Shown: one piece after another, positions 1 to 13,227 of the stretch
Layout of the letters: each line of letters begins with the position of its first letter
How positions within the stretch are numbered: the first letter of the stretch is position 1
Assembly: GCA_043228905.1 (NCBI GenBank)
Contig: JBHGNT010000003.1
Coordinates: forward strand, 19,282,001 to 19,346,000
From: Azolla caroliniana
Taxonomy: Eukaryota > Plantae > Polypodiophyta
Length of the DNA: 64,000 nt
Direction of reading: 5' to 3'
Notes under the pieces: generated by a model
Databases searched by the model: none
Told to the model about the DNA's origin: nothing
The model's input: only the letters and a program-made list of their open reading frames with translations
Translations under genes and position numbers: made by a program

Positions 1-49
1 TCAAAAGGTGTGTTCACACGTTGTGTTATGTTGAGCTTGATTCTCAACA
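1..49 (-). mobile_element. End of a Ty1/copia LTR (same family as 6758-12864), running off the window start and inserted in chromovirus A
   Basis: The reverse complement TGTTGAGAATCAAGCTCAAC...GTGTGAACACACCTTTTGA closely matches the LTR start at 6758 and 12411. Confidence 0.85.
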
Positions 50-1775
50 GCGATAATAACAATGCCAACACCAACTCAACAATAGTCGAGTACCTTCCTT
101 CCAACCAAGTATCAAGAATTCCAAGATGTCTTCAGTAAAGACAAAGCTGTTAGACTCCCACAACATCGACCTTACGATTGTCCTATTGATCTTCAACCAG
201 GAAAGATTCGCCGTGGGGACCAATTTATAGTTTATCACCTGCAAAGCTCAAGGTTCTTCACGACTGTATTGATGAAATTTTGGCTACTGGATTTATTCAT
301 CATTCCAAATCTCATGTTGGCGCACCAATATTTTTTGTCAAGAAGAAAGATGGATCGCTTCGTTTGGTCGTAGATTATCAAGGATTAAACAAAATCACAA
401 TTCGAAACAAGTATGCCTTACCTTTAATACCAACACTTTTGGAGTGGTTGAGTGGAGCCAAATACTTTACAAAGATCGATCTTAGAGGTGTTTATAATCT
501 AGTTCAAATTCATTCGGGTGATGAATGGAAAACTACATTTCGCACTCGATATGGGCATTTTGAGTATACGGTTATGCCTTTCCGTCTCACAAATGCTCCA
601 GCGGTTTTTCAGCATATGGCCAATGATATTTTCTGAGACTTCTTAGATATATTCACCATCATTTATTTTGGACAATATCTTGATATTTTCCAAGACTCAA
701 GAAGAGCATGATGAGCATGTATGCTAAGTTCTACAACGATTACAAGGATATGGTCTTTATGCTAAACTCAAGAAATGTAGTTTTGATCTCAACCAAGTGG
801 AATTCCTAGGTATATAGTATCACCAGAAGGAATATCTATGGATTTAGCAAAGGTGCAAACAATTCTAGAGTGGGAAACATCACAAGTTGTGCGTGATGTC
901 TGGTGTTTCTTGGGATTTGCAAATTTTTACCACAAATTCATCAGGAACTACTCAAAGAAGGTTCTGCCTCTTACACAAATTAACACATAAAAAACAACCA
1001 TTCATATGGAATTCTAGTGCGGCTGAGGCATTCGAAAGCTTAAAATGTGCGTTCACATCAGCTTCTATTTTGATCCATGCTGACCAAGACAACCCTTTTA
1101 TTTTGGACGCTGATGCATCAGATTTTGCACTTAGGAGTGTCCTCTCACAACCCAAAGAAAACAGGCTATTATATCCAGTTTCATTTCATTCGCGAAAACT
1201 TGATGTTGCGGAAATTAATTATGAAATTCATGACAATGACCTTTTGGCTATTGTAGACTCTTTCGAACATTGGCACCATAAATCATTGTCTATAATTATC
1301 ACAAGAACCTAACATTTTCCAGAATGCTCATGCCTTAAATCATCGATAGGCTCGTTAGGCACAATTTCTTACACGCTTTGATTTCTTGATCATGTATTAG
1401 CCCGCAATACACCAAGGAAAGGCATATGTGCTATCTCGGCATTCCTACATTGCACCCTATTTAGGGAAACCTACTTTTGATCATCAAAAGCAGATCCTCC
1501 TTGGTCCTAATCGTTTACAAGTGATGGCCGCTAATCCTTTTAAGACGCCCACAAACTCAATACTTATTAGTACGATTTGTATTGACCTTGAAGCAGACGA
1601 ATTTGCACAAGATTTCTTGAATCATATCATTCCAGATCATGCTTCTTGTTCAAGATCTGTGAATTCTCGTAAAGACTATAATCAGTTCAGTTAGCATGAT
1701 AATTTACTATTTGGAAATAATTTACTTTATGTCCTTGATGGTCGTTCTCGACTTCTTATTTTACAACACTACCAT
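50..1775 (+). mobile_element. Ty3/gypsy chromovirus A (Tcn1-like), left part: decayed RT, RNase H and start of integrase
   Basis: Motifs [57 protein letters not shown] and NYEIHD, with many stops and frameshifts. Ends at ...LQHYH, just before the integrase HHCC motif. Confidence 0.93.
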
Positions 1776-4700
1776 TTTCAAAACCAAGATTAAAAGATAA
1801 AGTGATGGAAGACGGATATAGGAGAACACGAGAAGAAAAGGGACGAAATGATAAGAGAATAATGGGAGAATAATGGGAGTATCTCCCCTTCGAGAATGAC
1901 GAGTGAAAGTTGGCGTTGACAATGTAGGGCCCGGTTTGTTTGGATAGCGGCAATGGAAGTCATCGACAAGAGCTTGAGCATTAGAAACATTATTGATGGG
2001 TTCCAAAGTGTGATCACTCAGAGGATAGCCTACCCAATCAACCATAACCTAATAGAGCTTATTGCGCACAATCTTAGAATCGAGAATAGCATCTACCTCA
2101 TATTCGGGGCCGTCAGCAAGTTTGACAAAAGGCGGAGGTCACACGACACGATTAGGAATGGAAGAGGTGCGACAAGGGTCCAAAAGTTAGCTATAAACGA
2201 CAAGGTGAGTTTGCATGTGTGCTAGAATATTAAGAAAAATGTTGCATCATTAATCAGCGTTGTGATGAGAAAAAAACCTAAGCGTTGATAATCGAGCTTC
2301 GCACATGATCGGGTAGTCTTGATGTGACAACGAAGCAACCATACTCAGTCACCAACCTTAAAAGGAGACTTAAGACAATGACGATCTGCATTAGTCTTAT
2401 GTTGTGCTTGAGTTGTCTAAAGATGTGAAGATAACTCTAATTGTATTCGGTGTAGTCAATGAAGGTGATACTCAACACTAGGGTTTCATGCGACCTTGGG
2501 AAGATCCAGAATACACCATCAAGGATGGTTGCCGATGTAGGCAAAGAAAGATGTAACCTTGGTAGAAGAGTGGATCGTGTTATTTTATGCAAACTCAACA
2601 AGATGTAAAATATTACTCCAATCATCTTGTTGATAATTGATGAAGCATCAAAGATATTGCTCGAGTGTTTGATGTGTGCGCTCTGTTTGTTCGTCGCTTT
2701 GTGGATGATAAGCAAAAGAGAGTTTGCATGAGATTTTGAGGCCTACCCATAGGTGCTTCCAATAGTGAGAGATAAATTGAGGACCTCGATCACTAATTAT
2801 ATTTTCTGGAAGACCATGATGTCGAAACACTTCATGCATAATGATATATGCAGTTTCTTGACTACTGATGCTCTTTACACATGGCAAAAAATGCGCCATT
2901 TTGGTAAATCAATCCACTACTATTAAAGTAGTATCAAATAGACTATCGTGGCTTGGTTGTAACTACCCATAAGGATGATGCCAAGATATTTTGGCTCGAC
3001 AACAAGTGTCACATGTGCGAACATAATCATCGACAAAGTTTTGCAAATGAGGCCACCAAAATGAGCACTTCACCAACTCCATGGTCTTGGCAATACCAAA
3101 ATGTCCAGCTATAGGGGCATCATGACAATGCTCTAACACTTGACGGGGGGGTGATCCATCGGGGACGTAAAGGACATGCTTGTAAAAGAGTAAGCCATCT
3201 TGCCACTTGAATTCCTTATAGTGTTGAGATGACCTTGCAATGTACATCAAGATGCATGGCTTGGACTAATGTGGGCAAAGACATCCTTAGCGAATTCATC
3301 AGAGTGAAGTCATTGTCGAATAGTATCAACAAGGGTTGAATAAAGCAGTGTGGCATAAACTGTTGTTGCTTGTAGCTTTGATGGTCCTAGGAGAATTTGC
3401 TTTTGATTGTCGAAGGCCGGATCTCCAGGTCGAGGTGTGAGATATGAACGCAGAGATAGAGCATATGCTTTCCCTTGTTGTTTCTCGGGGCAGAAAATGA
3501 TCTTGGAATCAAAACAAGTTAGAAACTATGCCCACCAAGCTTGTCTCCTATTTAACACCCGAGTTGTTTGAAAATATCTCAGATTTTTATGGTCACTATA
3601 AATGATGATTTGATGAGGCGATCCTTCCAAGAAATGTCGTCATTGCTCGAAGGAGTCGACTACAGCTAGTAACTCCTTGTCATGTACCTCGTAGTTTCTC
3701 TCCGCAACAATAAATTTCCTCAAGTGAAACGTGAGTGGATGGGACTGCCCATCCTTGCCTGGTTGTGATAGGATACTCCCCAATGCAAAGTCTAATGCAT
3801 CCGCGTCAATGGTAAATGTCTTTTCGGGATCAATATGTGCTAAGATAGGAGCTGATGTGAAAGCCCTCTTTGAGTTGAGTAAAGGTTTTGTCCACTTCAA
3901 TAGTCCAAACAAATGCTTGGTTTTTCTTGGTGAGTTGGGTGAGAGGCAACACGATCTTGGAATAATTCCATATGAATTTGCGATAGAAGTTAGCAAATCC
4001 GAGGAAACATTGGGCGTCTCGAACAAAACGTGGGGGTTGCCATTCCAATATTGTTTTGAATTTTGTTGGATCCATGAAGATACCCTTGGATGAAATAGTG
4101 TAACCCAAGAATTCGACTTGTTCGCTGTCAAAACAACACTTCTCAAGTTTGGCATACAGACCATATTTTCTTAAGCGTTCAAGTACTTTCCAGACATGTA
4201 TATCATGCTCCTCCTATGTTTTAGAGTAAATAAAAAAACCATCTACATAGATTATGAGAAAGATATCTAGAAAATCCTAGAAAATGTCATTTGCCATATG
4301 TTGGAAAACTGTGGGTGCATTTGTGAGTCTTAAAGGCATGATTATTTACTCAAAATGACCATATCAAGTGCGAAATGCAGTTTTCCACTCATCTCCCTGT
4401 CGAATTCGAACAAGATTATATGCACCCCTTAAATTGATTTTTGTAAAATGCATTGCCCCACCAATGTGCTCTAAAAGATTGGAGATTAAAGGGAGAGCAT
4501 ACCTATTTCTTATGGCGGCTTTATTTAATCCCCGATAGTCCACAACCAAACGAAGCGAACCGTCCTTTTTCTTCACAAAAAATATAGGAGCACCGGCTAG
4601 AGACTGAATGTCGGATAAACCCATGTGCAAGATTCTCCTCAATGTATTCTCGAAGAACCTCAAGCTCACTTGGTGATAAATTATAGATCGGACCCCACAA

Positions 4701-7700
4701 TGGCTCTTTTCCTGGTTGGAGGTCAATGGGACAGTCGTACGGTCGATGCTTTGGAAGTACACTAGCTTTGACTTTGTCGAAAACATCAACATATTCTTGA
4801 TATTTTTTGGGAATTTGGATGTCTGAATTTCCTTGAGTGGCACTAGAAGATGTCACTAATACTGCAAATAAGAAAAGTTCCTCCTTTCCTCCCACTTGAG
4901 ACAATTGTTGCAATGTGATGGGTAAGATTCAATGAAAAGGAGATGGTGCACTGGTAGAACTATATTCTTTAAGGGAATATCGATCCTTGGCAAAGATGTT
5001 TTCTACTGAAGGGCACCAAATTTCTTGCCTCCTCCAATCGATTCTTGGGTTATGTAGCTTGAACCATGGCAAACCAAGGACAATTGGATGATCAGGGCTA
5101 CGGATTATGTTAAAGGAAACTACACATGCTAAATCACCTAAGCATATGTGTACTACCTCAGACTCTTCAAATATCTTCCTAGAAGCTATGGGACGTCCAT
5201 CAATCACTACTACGGAAACTGAGCAAGGAAGGGTATGCAAGGATATTTTGTGTTTTTGGGCAAAGTCTCTATCCATGAAACAAGAATTGGCTCCGGTATC
5301 TAAGAGGGCTTGGACCTGAAATTGACAACTCAGTATCCTAACTTGTACTTGGGCTAAGAAGACTCTAAGTCTAACATGCTTGGAAGAAATGGAACCCACA
5401 CTAGGTTATACAAATCTAGGATTGTTCAACCAAATGGCTCCTATTTTGGCCGGACTTATTCGTTTGACTCCTCTTCTAATTGGCTTAGGACCTCAAACTT
5501 ATTGGACAAGGGTGGATTATTCATAATATTAGAATCACTAACTGCTTCTAAAATGTTGGAGTCATTTTTATTGTCATAGTGAATTTGATTTACCTGATGT
5601 CTCGGCCTACGGGAGCAATGAATGGCTATATGTCCTGGACCTCCACAATACAAGCTCAGATGGTTTGCTCAGCATCGTTGCTTCTCTTCTTCCGACAACG
5701 GTCCTCGTCGTTGGGTCATATCGATCTCCATGGGTGTAGGCCTATCCATTGGGACTGGACTATGTGTTTGCCTTGGAGTTGGAGCAGGGGTATATGTTTG
5801 CCTTGGAGATGATTCCGCCGTTACTGATGCATAAGTTGGTGTGAATCTTGATCTTGTTATTTGTTGTTGTCGCTCACATCGATGCTCAAAAAGATTATTA
5901 TCACATCGTATTGCTCGACTAATAGCTTCTGTAAGTGATTTTGGATCCTCGAGGAAGGTAAGAAGTAAATCTTTCACATCACTACGAAGGCCGGAACGAA
6001 ATTGCTCCATTAGGGCTTGTTCATCCCAAGGAATATCGCTTGCGATGAGACAGAAATTGGCTACATATGTTGATGTTGGCTGATCACCTTGACATAGTGT
6101 ATGAATCTGGTTAATTGTTGTTCTTGCCCCATTTGTATCTCCAAAGCAAGCCTTAATTTCTTTGATGAAATCTTCGAAATTATGTGGTAGAGGAGAGTTT
6201 GTCTCTAGTAATGAAGCAAACCACGACAACATTATGTCAATCAATAAGGTGCCCACTAACCCGACTTGTGATGCATTTGTCAAATAATGCATGGGATGCA
6301 TTTGAATTACCAACCGTACTTGATTCGAGAAACCTCGGAAATGCACCCTCAAACCATCAAATTTAGCTGAGAGGTTGATTTTGGGCTCCTTGATAATTCC
6401 TTGACCTTCGACCCTTTGTTGTTGTAAAACTATGATTGTCAACTCTAATTATTGAACCCGTCGCGTAAACTCTTCTTTTTCTTGTTGCTTCTCCACATTA
6501 ACCTTTTGTAGATCTCCAAGAAGACATTGATTCTCTAATTCAAGAGATGCGAACTTGGTTTTAAGATTCTCCATTACTGTAAGAAGGGTGAGATATTCTT
6601 TTGAGTTGATGGTGGCCATGGTTTCGTGATGTTTATAGAGGAGGATAAAGGAGGGAGAAAATTTGAATCAAACTGTTAGAACCAAGAATAAAAGATAGAG
6701 TGATGGAAGAAGATATAAGAGAACACGAGAAGAAAATGGACGAAATGATAAGAGAAGTGTTGAGAATCAAGCTCAACCTAACATTGTGTGTGAACACACC
6801 CTTTGAGAATCTATAAGCACTCAAAGGTCAAGAGTCACACCACTCTCTGCACATTAACTATGTGTCATAGAATCTATTCTATGACACATAACTAATGAGT
6901 TCCATATTCCCCATGACTAATGAGTCTTCACATTCCTCAAGGTTCTAGAGAGAGAGTGGACATTGTAGTGAGTTAATGAAGAGAGAGGTTGACCTTATAT
7001 AAAGCACCCTCCTCCTACTTCATAAAGTGTCGGTTGTGACTCCTTATAATGCTACATTTTGTATCTCATATTCTCCTTGTGAATATACACCTTCTTCTTT
7101 AGTATTCTATTTTCCATTCAATCTAATTTGTTTTCTCTTCTCTCATCTCTTTCCTCTCACACATACACATAACACACATCTCTTCCACTGCACAAGAATC
7201 ATATCCGATTCTTTACATGGTATCAAAGCGGTTTGGTAGCCTGATCTAACCCATCCACGTGTGGTGTGGTCTACACCGACATTCAAGAAGAACCGGCTCA
7301 TTGCCATCGTAGTGCGACTACATAGCTCGTGTTCGAGACAATGAATACTCAAATGGGGAGCACTCTCCCTAGCGAGAAACTTTGCATCTTGGGAGTGCAA
7401 GATGCAGCAATACCTTGTCGGCCAAGGCTATTGGAGCTACAACAAAGGAGCACAAGAAAATCGACCCAACCCGAAAGATGCCGACTACTCAACTAGGAGC
7501 AAGCGGCAAGCCGAGTGATGTATTGCTTGGCGACATGTCTTCATGACCACATGTTTGGCTACATTCAAGAAGTTGTGATGCCAAAGGAAGCATGGGAGAA
7601 TCTCAAGAAGATATTCGCCGCCAACACGACAACACGAAAGCTTCAACTTCGTCAAGAGTTGAACAACATCCAACATAGGGATATGTCCAACTCAAACTAC

Positions 7701-8578
7701 ACCTTCAAGATCAAGGAGCTTTGTGACTCGCTCGGCTCAATAAGCATCAATGTGGAGGATGGTGAGATGGTGCAAATATGCCTTGGCAGCCTTGCACCAT
7801 GGTTCGGCACGATGAGGACCGTCGTACTAGCACGGGAGAATCCTCCCTCTTTCTTCAATCTTCAATCCATGTTCTACACATATTCGAATGGAGGAAAACC
7901 ATGTTTGAACAAGCAGCAATGCCTTAGAAGGCCACATGCTCTACACACATTCGAACGGAGGAAGAGGACACAGCCGAGCAAGAGGCCGATTCGGCCAAGG
8001 ACGAGGTGGACGAGGTTCGACTTATGAAGACAACTCCTAATTTCTGCAACAAGACAGAAGCCATCGAGGAACCTTCGGAAGAAGGAGGAGCTTCCATTCC
8101 GGTCTGAGCCGACAAAACTCGATCGAATGCAGATATTGCGACAAAATCGACCACCACGAAGAGGAGTGCCGAAAGAAGAAGCGTGAGTTGGCTTCCACTA
8201 GCCGACAACTAACCAACTACACCACAAATTCCGACTATGACGACCATGGCGGAATGTTCGTGATTAGACATAGAGCAAATTCTATGTCAGCCTCTACTTC
8301 GAATAGTGCCTCTAGTTCGGAAAACGTATGGTTCGTTGATTCCGGTGCCTCGAACCATATGACGTATGTTCAAGAATGGTTCAGAGAACTTCGAGAGCCG
8401 GATCGACCTGGCTATGTTGAGACCGAAGACGACACTACTCATCCAATTCAGCACATCGGCAATGTTCCATTCGAAAAAGAAGGTAACCAAAATTATGTTA
8501 AGAATGTCTTGCATGTACCAACCATTACAAGGAATTTGGTCTCCTTCGGTCAAATTGTTGAGCAGGGGATGCAAGTTC

Positions 8579-9346
8579 TGACGGGAACTCCTAGCTCCTT
8601 ATGTCCAACGCTCGGCCACAACCGAGATTCTTTTCATACACAGAAAACGAGAAATGAAGCGCGACACAAAGGAGAGGAAGATACACACACACTACACAGG
8701 AGGTTTACGTGGAAAACCCCAAACTAGGGGAAAAACCACGGCAGCCCACAGGCTACAAACTGTCACTATGTATGAATGTACAAAACAGTGAGTTCACGGA
8801 GGCAACGACCTCGTGCTCACGATCTTCGCCACAGGCGGCGGTTACAACAGAGGCAGCGACCTCTTTCTCTCTCTCTCTCTCTCTATACAACGTTACGTGC
8901 TCTCTCTTCTTCTTCTTGCACCAACAAGAAAATGACAGCAACAACTTAAAAGTTTGCCCTAAGTCATATTTATACTAATATGACTTTTCGGCTATTTACA
9001 AATGTAGCCATAATGGGCTCTCAGAAACTTATTTACGAATATGTCTCTTCCTCCGGTTCATACCGGTCCTGCACCATCCGGCTCTCCGTAGCCGGGTACT
9101 ACTCATCCGGTTCACACCGGGCCTGCACCATCCGGCTCTCCGTAGCCGGGTACTACTCATCCGGTTCATACCGGGCCTGTATCATCCGGCTCTCTGTAGC
9201 CGGGTACTCCTCATCCGGTTCACACCGGGCCTGTATCATCCGGCTCTCCGTAGCCGGGTACTACTCATACCGTTTCGGCCTCGGCCGAGTTTGTTCGTCG
9301 GCACTGTTCTTATCCCTTCCCATCCGGAGGGACATGTCTCCCAACA
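8579..9346 (-). mobile_element. Solo LTR (768 bp) of a different family, inserted in the copia pol
   Basis: TG...CA ends and perfect TSD AGTTC (8574-8578, 9347-9351). Removing it restores the host frame GMQV-RFNQHNCFIE. A minus-strand TATAAATA lies near 8970. Confidence 0.92.
9052..9267. repeat. 4 x 54-bp CCGG-rich tandem repeat inside the solo LTR
   Basis: Unit TCCGGTTCAYACCGG...TCCGGCTCTCCGTAGCCGGGTACTACTCA at 9052, 9106, 9160 and 9214. Confidence 0.92.
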
Positions 9347-12300
9347 AGTTCGATTTAATCAACACAATTGCTTCATCGAGAAAGAGGGTCGACTCATTGC
9401 TCACAGATGAAGAAAGGGCCGAATGTTCATTCTTGACTCGCATGAGATGAAATCAGCTATGTTTGCAAAAGGCACCAAAGCCGACACCGACATAGAGTTG
9501 TGGCACAAGCGGCTTGGCCACATCAACCTCCAAAAGCTCAAGGAAATGCAATCTAAAGGTGTCAACATCAGACTCCCGACCTTCAAAGAGAAAGAGATTG
9601 AAGGCGTATGTGCAGCCTGCCAATTTGGCAAGTAACATCGGCACCCGTTCCCAAAGGAGAGGAACATGAGCAAGGCCTACTCGATGTAATTCATTCTTAT
9701 GTATGGGGGCCTGCTCAAACGGTGACATTCGGCGGATGTCGATATTAAGTGACCTTTATCGATGACTTCTCTAGGCACACCTGGATCTACCCCATGTGGC
9801 AAAAGAGCGAAGTGTTTGAACACTTCCAAAAATTCAAGATTGGAGTCGAAAAGGAAATAGGTCGACATGTATGATGTCTTCAGTCCTATGGAAGAAAAGA
9901 CTATTTCTCTGACGAATTTTCGGATTTTCTTCGAAAAGAAGGAATTCGGCAAGAGTTTTCATGTCGACATATGCCACAACAGAATGGAGTAGCCAAACGA
10001 AAGAATTAGCATGTCATCATCGAAGTAGCATGGGCCATGCTTAACGAGAAGCACATGCCGAAGTCGTACTGGGCAGAAGCCGCCAACACAACCTCCTACC
10101 TAATGAATCAATGTACAACATCCGGCGTGCATGAGGTTACCCCACAGAAGAAGTTTTTTGGAAAGAAGCCGGATCTATCACATGTTCGAATATTCGGCTC
10201 AATTGCATACGTGCACATCCCTGACGAGAAGCGATAAAAGCTCGACCCAAAGACAGAGAAATATATCTTTGTAGGATACTCACTAGAGCAAAAGGGGTAC
10301 AATTGCTATAACCCTTCGAGTCGGAAGGTTTGTGTGAATCAAGATGTAGTCTTTGACGAATCGGCATCATGGTACGAACCCAAGCCGACTCCTCCTGAAT
10401 CATTTCTAGTCAACCCAGAATACACCGAACAAGAAATAGAAAATGGAGATCCACTCGAACACATGTTCGAAGAAAGTTCGATTACGACAAGGCTTAGTGG
10501 GCCACAAGAGCTCCCGAGCGACCAAAGCACATATTGGCCTAGTCCGAAGATGGACAAAGGCAAGGCGAAAATGTCAGAGTATAAAGATGATCAATTCAAC
10601 GGCAACGAATCGACTCACTCCTCGACAATGAGTTCGGTAGGTTCGATGTACCTATCATGAGGAAACCTGGCGTAAAGAAAGCCATTGCCACAGCAAACAA
10701 AAAACTCTGTCGCTCCACCCGTGAGAAGAATCATGTTAGCCGATTCGGTGACAACGATTATATGGCATACCACTATGCCTTTATGATGAAGGTGGCGACA
10801 GTTTGAGAACCGGAAAGTTTTTCGGATGCAGCCAAGGATCCACAATGGGTCGAAGCAATGAACGAGGAGATGTGGGCACTATGTAAGAATGAGACATGGG
10901 ATCTCGTTCCCCACTCACTACACAAGAAGGCAATCGGGTGCAGATGGATTTACAAGGTGAAGTATAATGTCGACGGCTCCGTCAACTGCTACAAAGCTCG
11001 ACTCGTAGCGAAAGGATACGCACATACACATAGAGTCAACTACGAAGAGACATTTGCCCCAATAGCAAAGATGATGATTGTGCAGACCGTAATCGCACTC
11101 GCAATAGTGAAAGGGTGGCATCTCCACCAGATGGATGTCAAGGACGCCTTTCTTCAAGGCAAATTAGAAGAGGAGGTATACATGGTACAACCACCTGGCT
11201 TCGAATTGAGCATTCATCCGAAAGTTGATTGCCAACTCAAGAAGCCTTTGTACGGCCTTAAGCAAGAACCACGTTCTTGGCATTCGAAGATAACACGATA
11301 TCTTCATAAAATCTGCTTTCAAATGTAGAAATCTAACAACTCCCTCTACATACAAAACGTCTTTGAAAACCCGATTGTCATCATCCTATATGTGGATGAT
11401 CTGGTCATTGGAGGTGAAAGTCTAGTCGACATCAACAAGGTCAAGTCCCTCCTCTCTAGCAAATTCGAGATGATCAACATGAAGGAGCTCCATTACTTCC
11501 TTGGCATCAAGGTAATTCGGACTCCAACCGGTATTATGATCTCTCAACTGCACTACATCCTCAACTTGTTATACAAGTTCAGGATGACTGAGTGCAAATC
11601 TATGGCAACCCCTCTCAATCGAAACCTCAAACTAGACGCTAACTCCGGCACAGACGAGTGTGAGCCGACTCAGTATCGACAATTAATCGGGGGTCTCATC
11701 TACCTCACGATCACTCGACCCGACCTGAGCTATCCGGTCGGCCTCCTTAGTCAATTCATGCAAACTCCACGAGATATCCATTTGGATTGTGCTAAGCAAG
11801 TATTACGATACGTGAGCGGCACAATGGATTGTGATATTCTCTACGAATCGGCCACACCAATTCGACTCGAAGGGTGCATAAATGCCGATTGGGCCAGCTA
11901 CAAAGCTGATCGACGATCGACCTCCAGATTTGTTTTCTACCCCGGCAACGGAGCAATTTCGTGGAGTAGCAAGGCGCAACCAATTGCCGGTCTTTCAAGC
12001 ACAAAGGCCGAATACAGGGGTGCAGCCGTGGCTACATGTGAAGCCGTATGGCTCAAGAGGATTTTGAAGGATTTGGGTGTTCCCATCAAGGATCTGACTA
12101 CCCTTTACTATGACAACATGAGTAGTATTTATCTGGCTCGGAACTTGGTGCTGCACGCACATACAAAGCATGTTGAAGTGCACTATCATTGATTCGAGAG
12201 CGTGTACAGGTCGGAGATGTTGTCCTTCACCACATCAACACGAATCTTCAGACAAATGACATCTTCACCAAGGAGCCGACAAGCTTCGGCAATTCATGTC

Positions 12301-13008
12301 AGACCTTGGATTGACAATCCTGACTTGCCAAGCTCTAGGGGGAGTACCGGATACCAGCCGAAGCGGACATCAACAGAAAGGAACTGACCCGAGTTGAGCT
12401 TGAGGGGGCGTGTTGAGAATCAAGGTCAACCTAACATTGTGTGTGAACACACCCTTTGAGAATCTATGAGTACTCAAAGGTCAAGAGTCGCACCGCTCTC
12501 TACACATTAACTATGTGTCATAGAATCATATTCTATGACACATAACTAATGAGTTCCATATTCCCCATGACTAATGAGTCTTCACATTCCTCAAGGTTCT
12601 AGAGAGACTGTGGACATTGTAGTGAGTTAAGGAAGAGAGTGGGTGACCTTATATAAAGCACCCTCCTCCTACTTCATAAGGTGTCGGTTGTGACTCCTTA
12701 AAGCTACATTTTGTATCTCATATTCTCCTTGTGAATATTCACCTTCTTCTTGAGCATTCTATCTAATCTATCTTGTGTTTTCTCTTCTCTCATCTCTTTC
12801 CTCTCACACATACACATAACACTCATCTCTTCCGATGCACAAGAATCATATCCAATTCTTTGCAAGAAGAATGGGTGTTTCAAGATAGAAAGAGAAAAAG
12901 AATGGATACAAGATATGTAATGAGAGCTAAAGACTGGTGTTTATTCAAATTGGTTTGAGAATTATTGTATGTTTATATTTATAGGTTCTTATAGAATAGC
13001 CTAAACAT

Positions 13009-13088
13009 TTCTATAATGTTCTAGAATGTTCTACTCCTAGAATATCCTAAGATGTTCTAGGATATTCTCAAATGTTCTACAATGTTCC
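13009..13088. promoter_or_regulatory. Heat-shock-element-like array in U3 of chromovirus B's 5' LTR
   Basis: Perfect TTCtaGAAtgTTC at 13019-13031 within a 10-bp periodic AATGTTCTAG-like array, upstream of the minus-strand TATAAATA (12983-12976). Confidence 0.55.
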
Positions 13089-13227
13089 AAAGTATTTACA
13101 ATAATCAATATATTACAAAAGGTAGCTTTTATCACTTCATATGACCATAGGCTATCTTAATGGTTGGGTTCTTGATTATGTAATACAAGGTCTTGGGTGA
13201 AGCCATGATGTTTATGTATTGATGACA

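Larger units (their letters stand above)
6758..12864 (+). mobile_element. Full-length, decayed Ty1/copia LTR retrotransposon
   Basis: LTRs 6758-7217 and 12411-12864 (TG...CA, roughly 90-95% alike by eye). TSD AGAAG at 6753-6757 and 12865-12869. PBS TGGTATCAAAGC (tRNA-iMet type) at 7218; PPT GAGGGGGCG. Domains in copia order: gag, CCHC, WFVDSGASNHM protease, LWHKRLGH/integrase, RT (QMDVK, YVDD), RNase H (KHVEVHYH). Confidence 0.96.
1776..13227 (-). mobile_element. Ty3/gypsy chromovirus B (Tcn1-like), near full length but decayed, nested in A; its 5' LTR is interrupted by a copia
   Basis: 5' LTR at 13227-12865 plus 6757-6674 (TGTCAT...CTAACA). gag ATG ~6619 with CCHC knuckle YCGGPGHIAIHC; protease LLDTGA; RT; RNase H; integrase HDAPIAGHFG...CDTC and SDRGPQF; chromodomain VDWVGYP; PPT AAGGGGAGAT ~1890-1881. 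Partial 3' LTR at 1879-1776. Confidence 0.9.

Noticed and set aside
8980-9450. 156-aa ORF with 18-aa repeats
   Set aside because: Translation of the 54-bp LTR tandem repeat; it crosses the LTR boundary into host pol out of frame.
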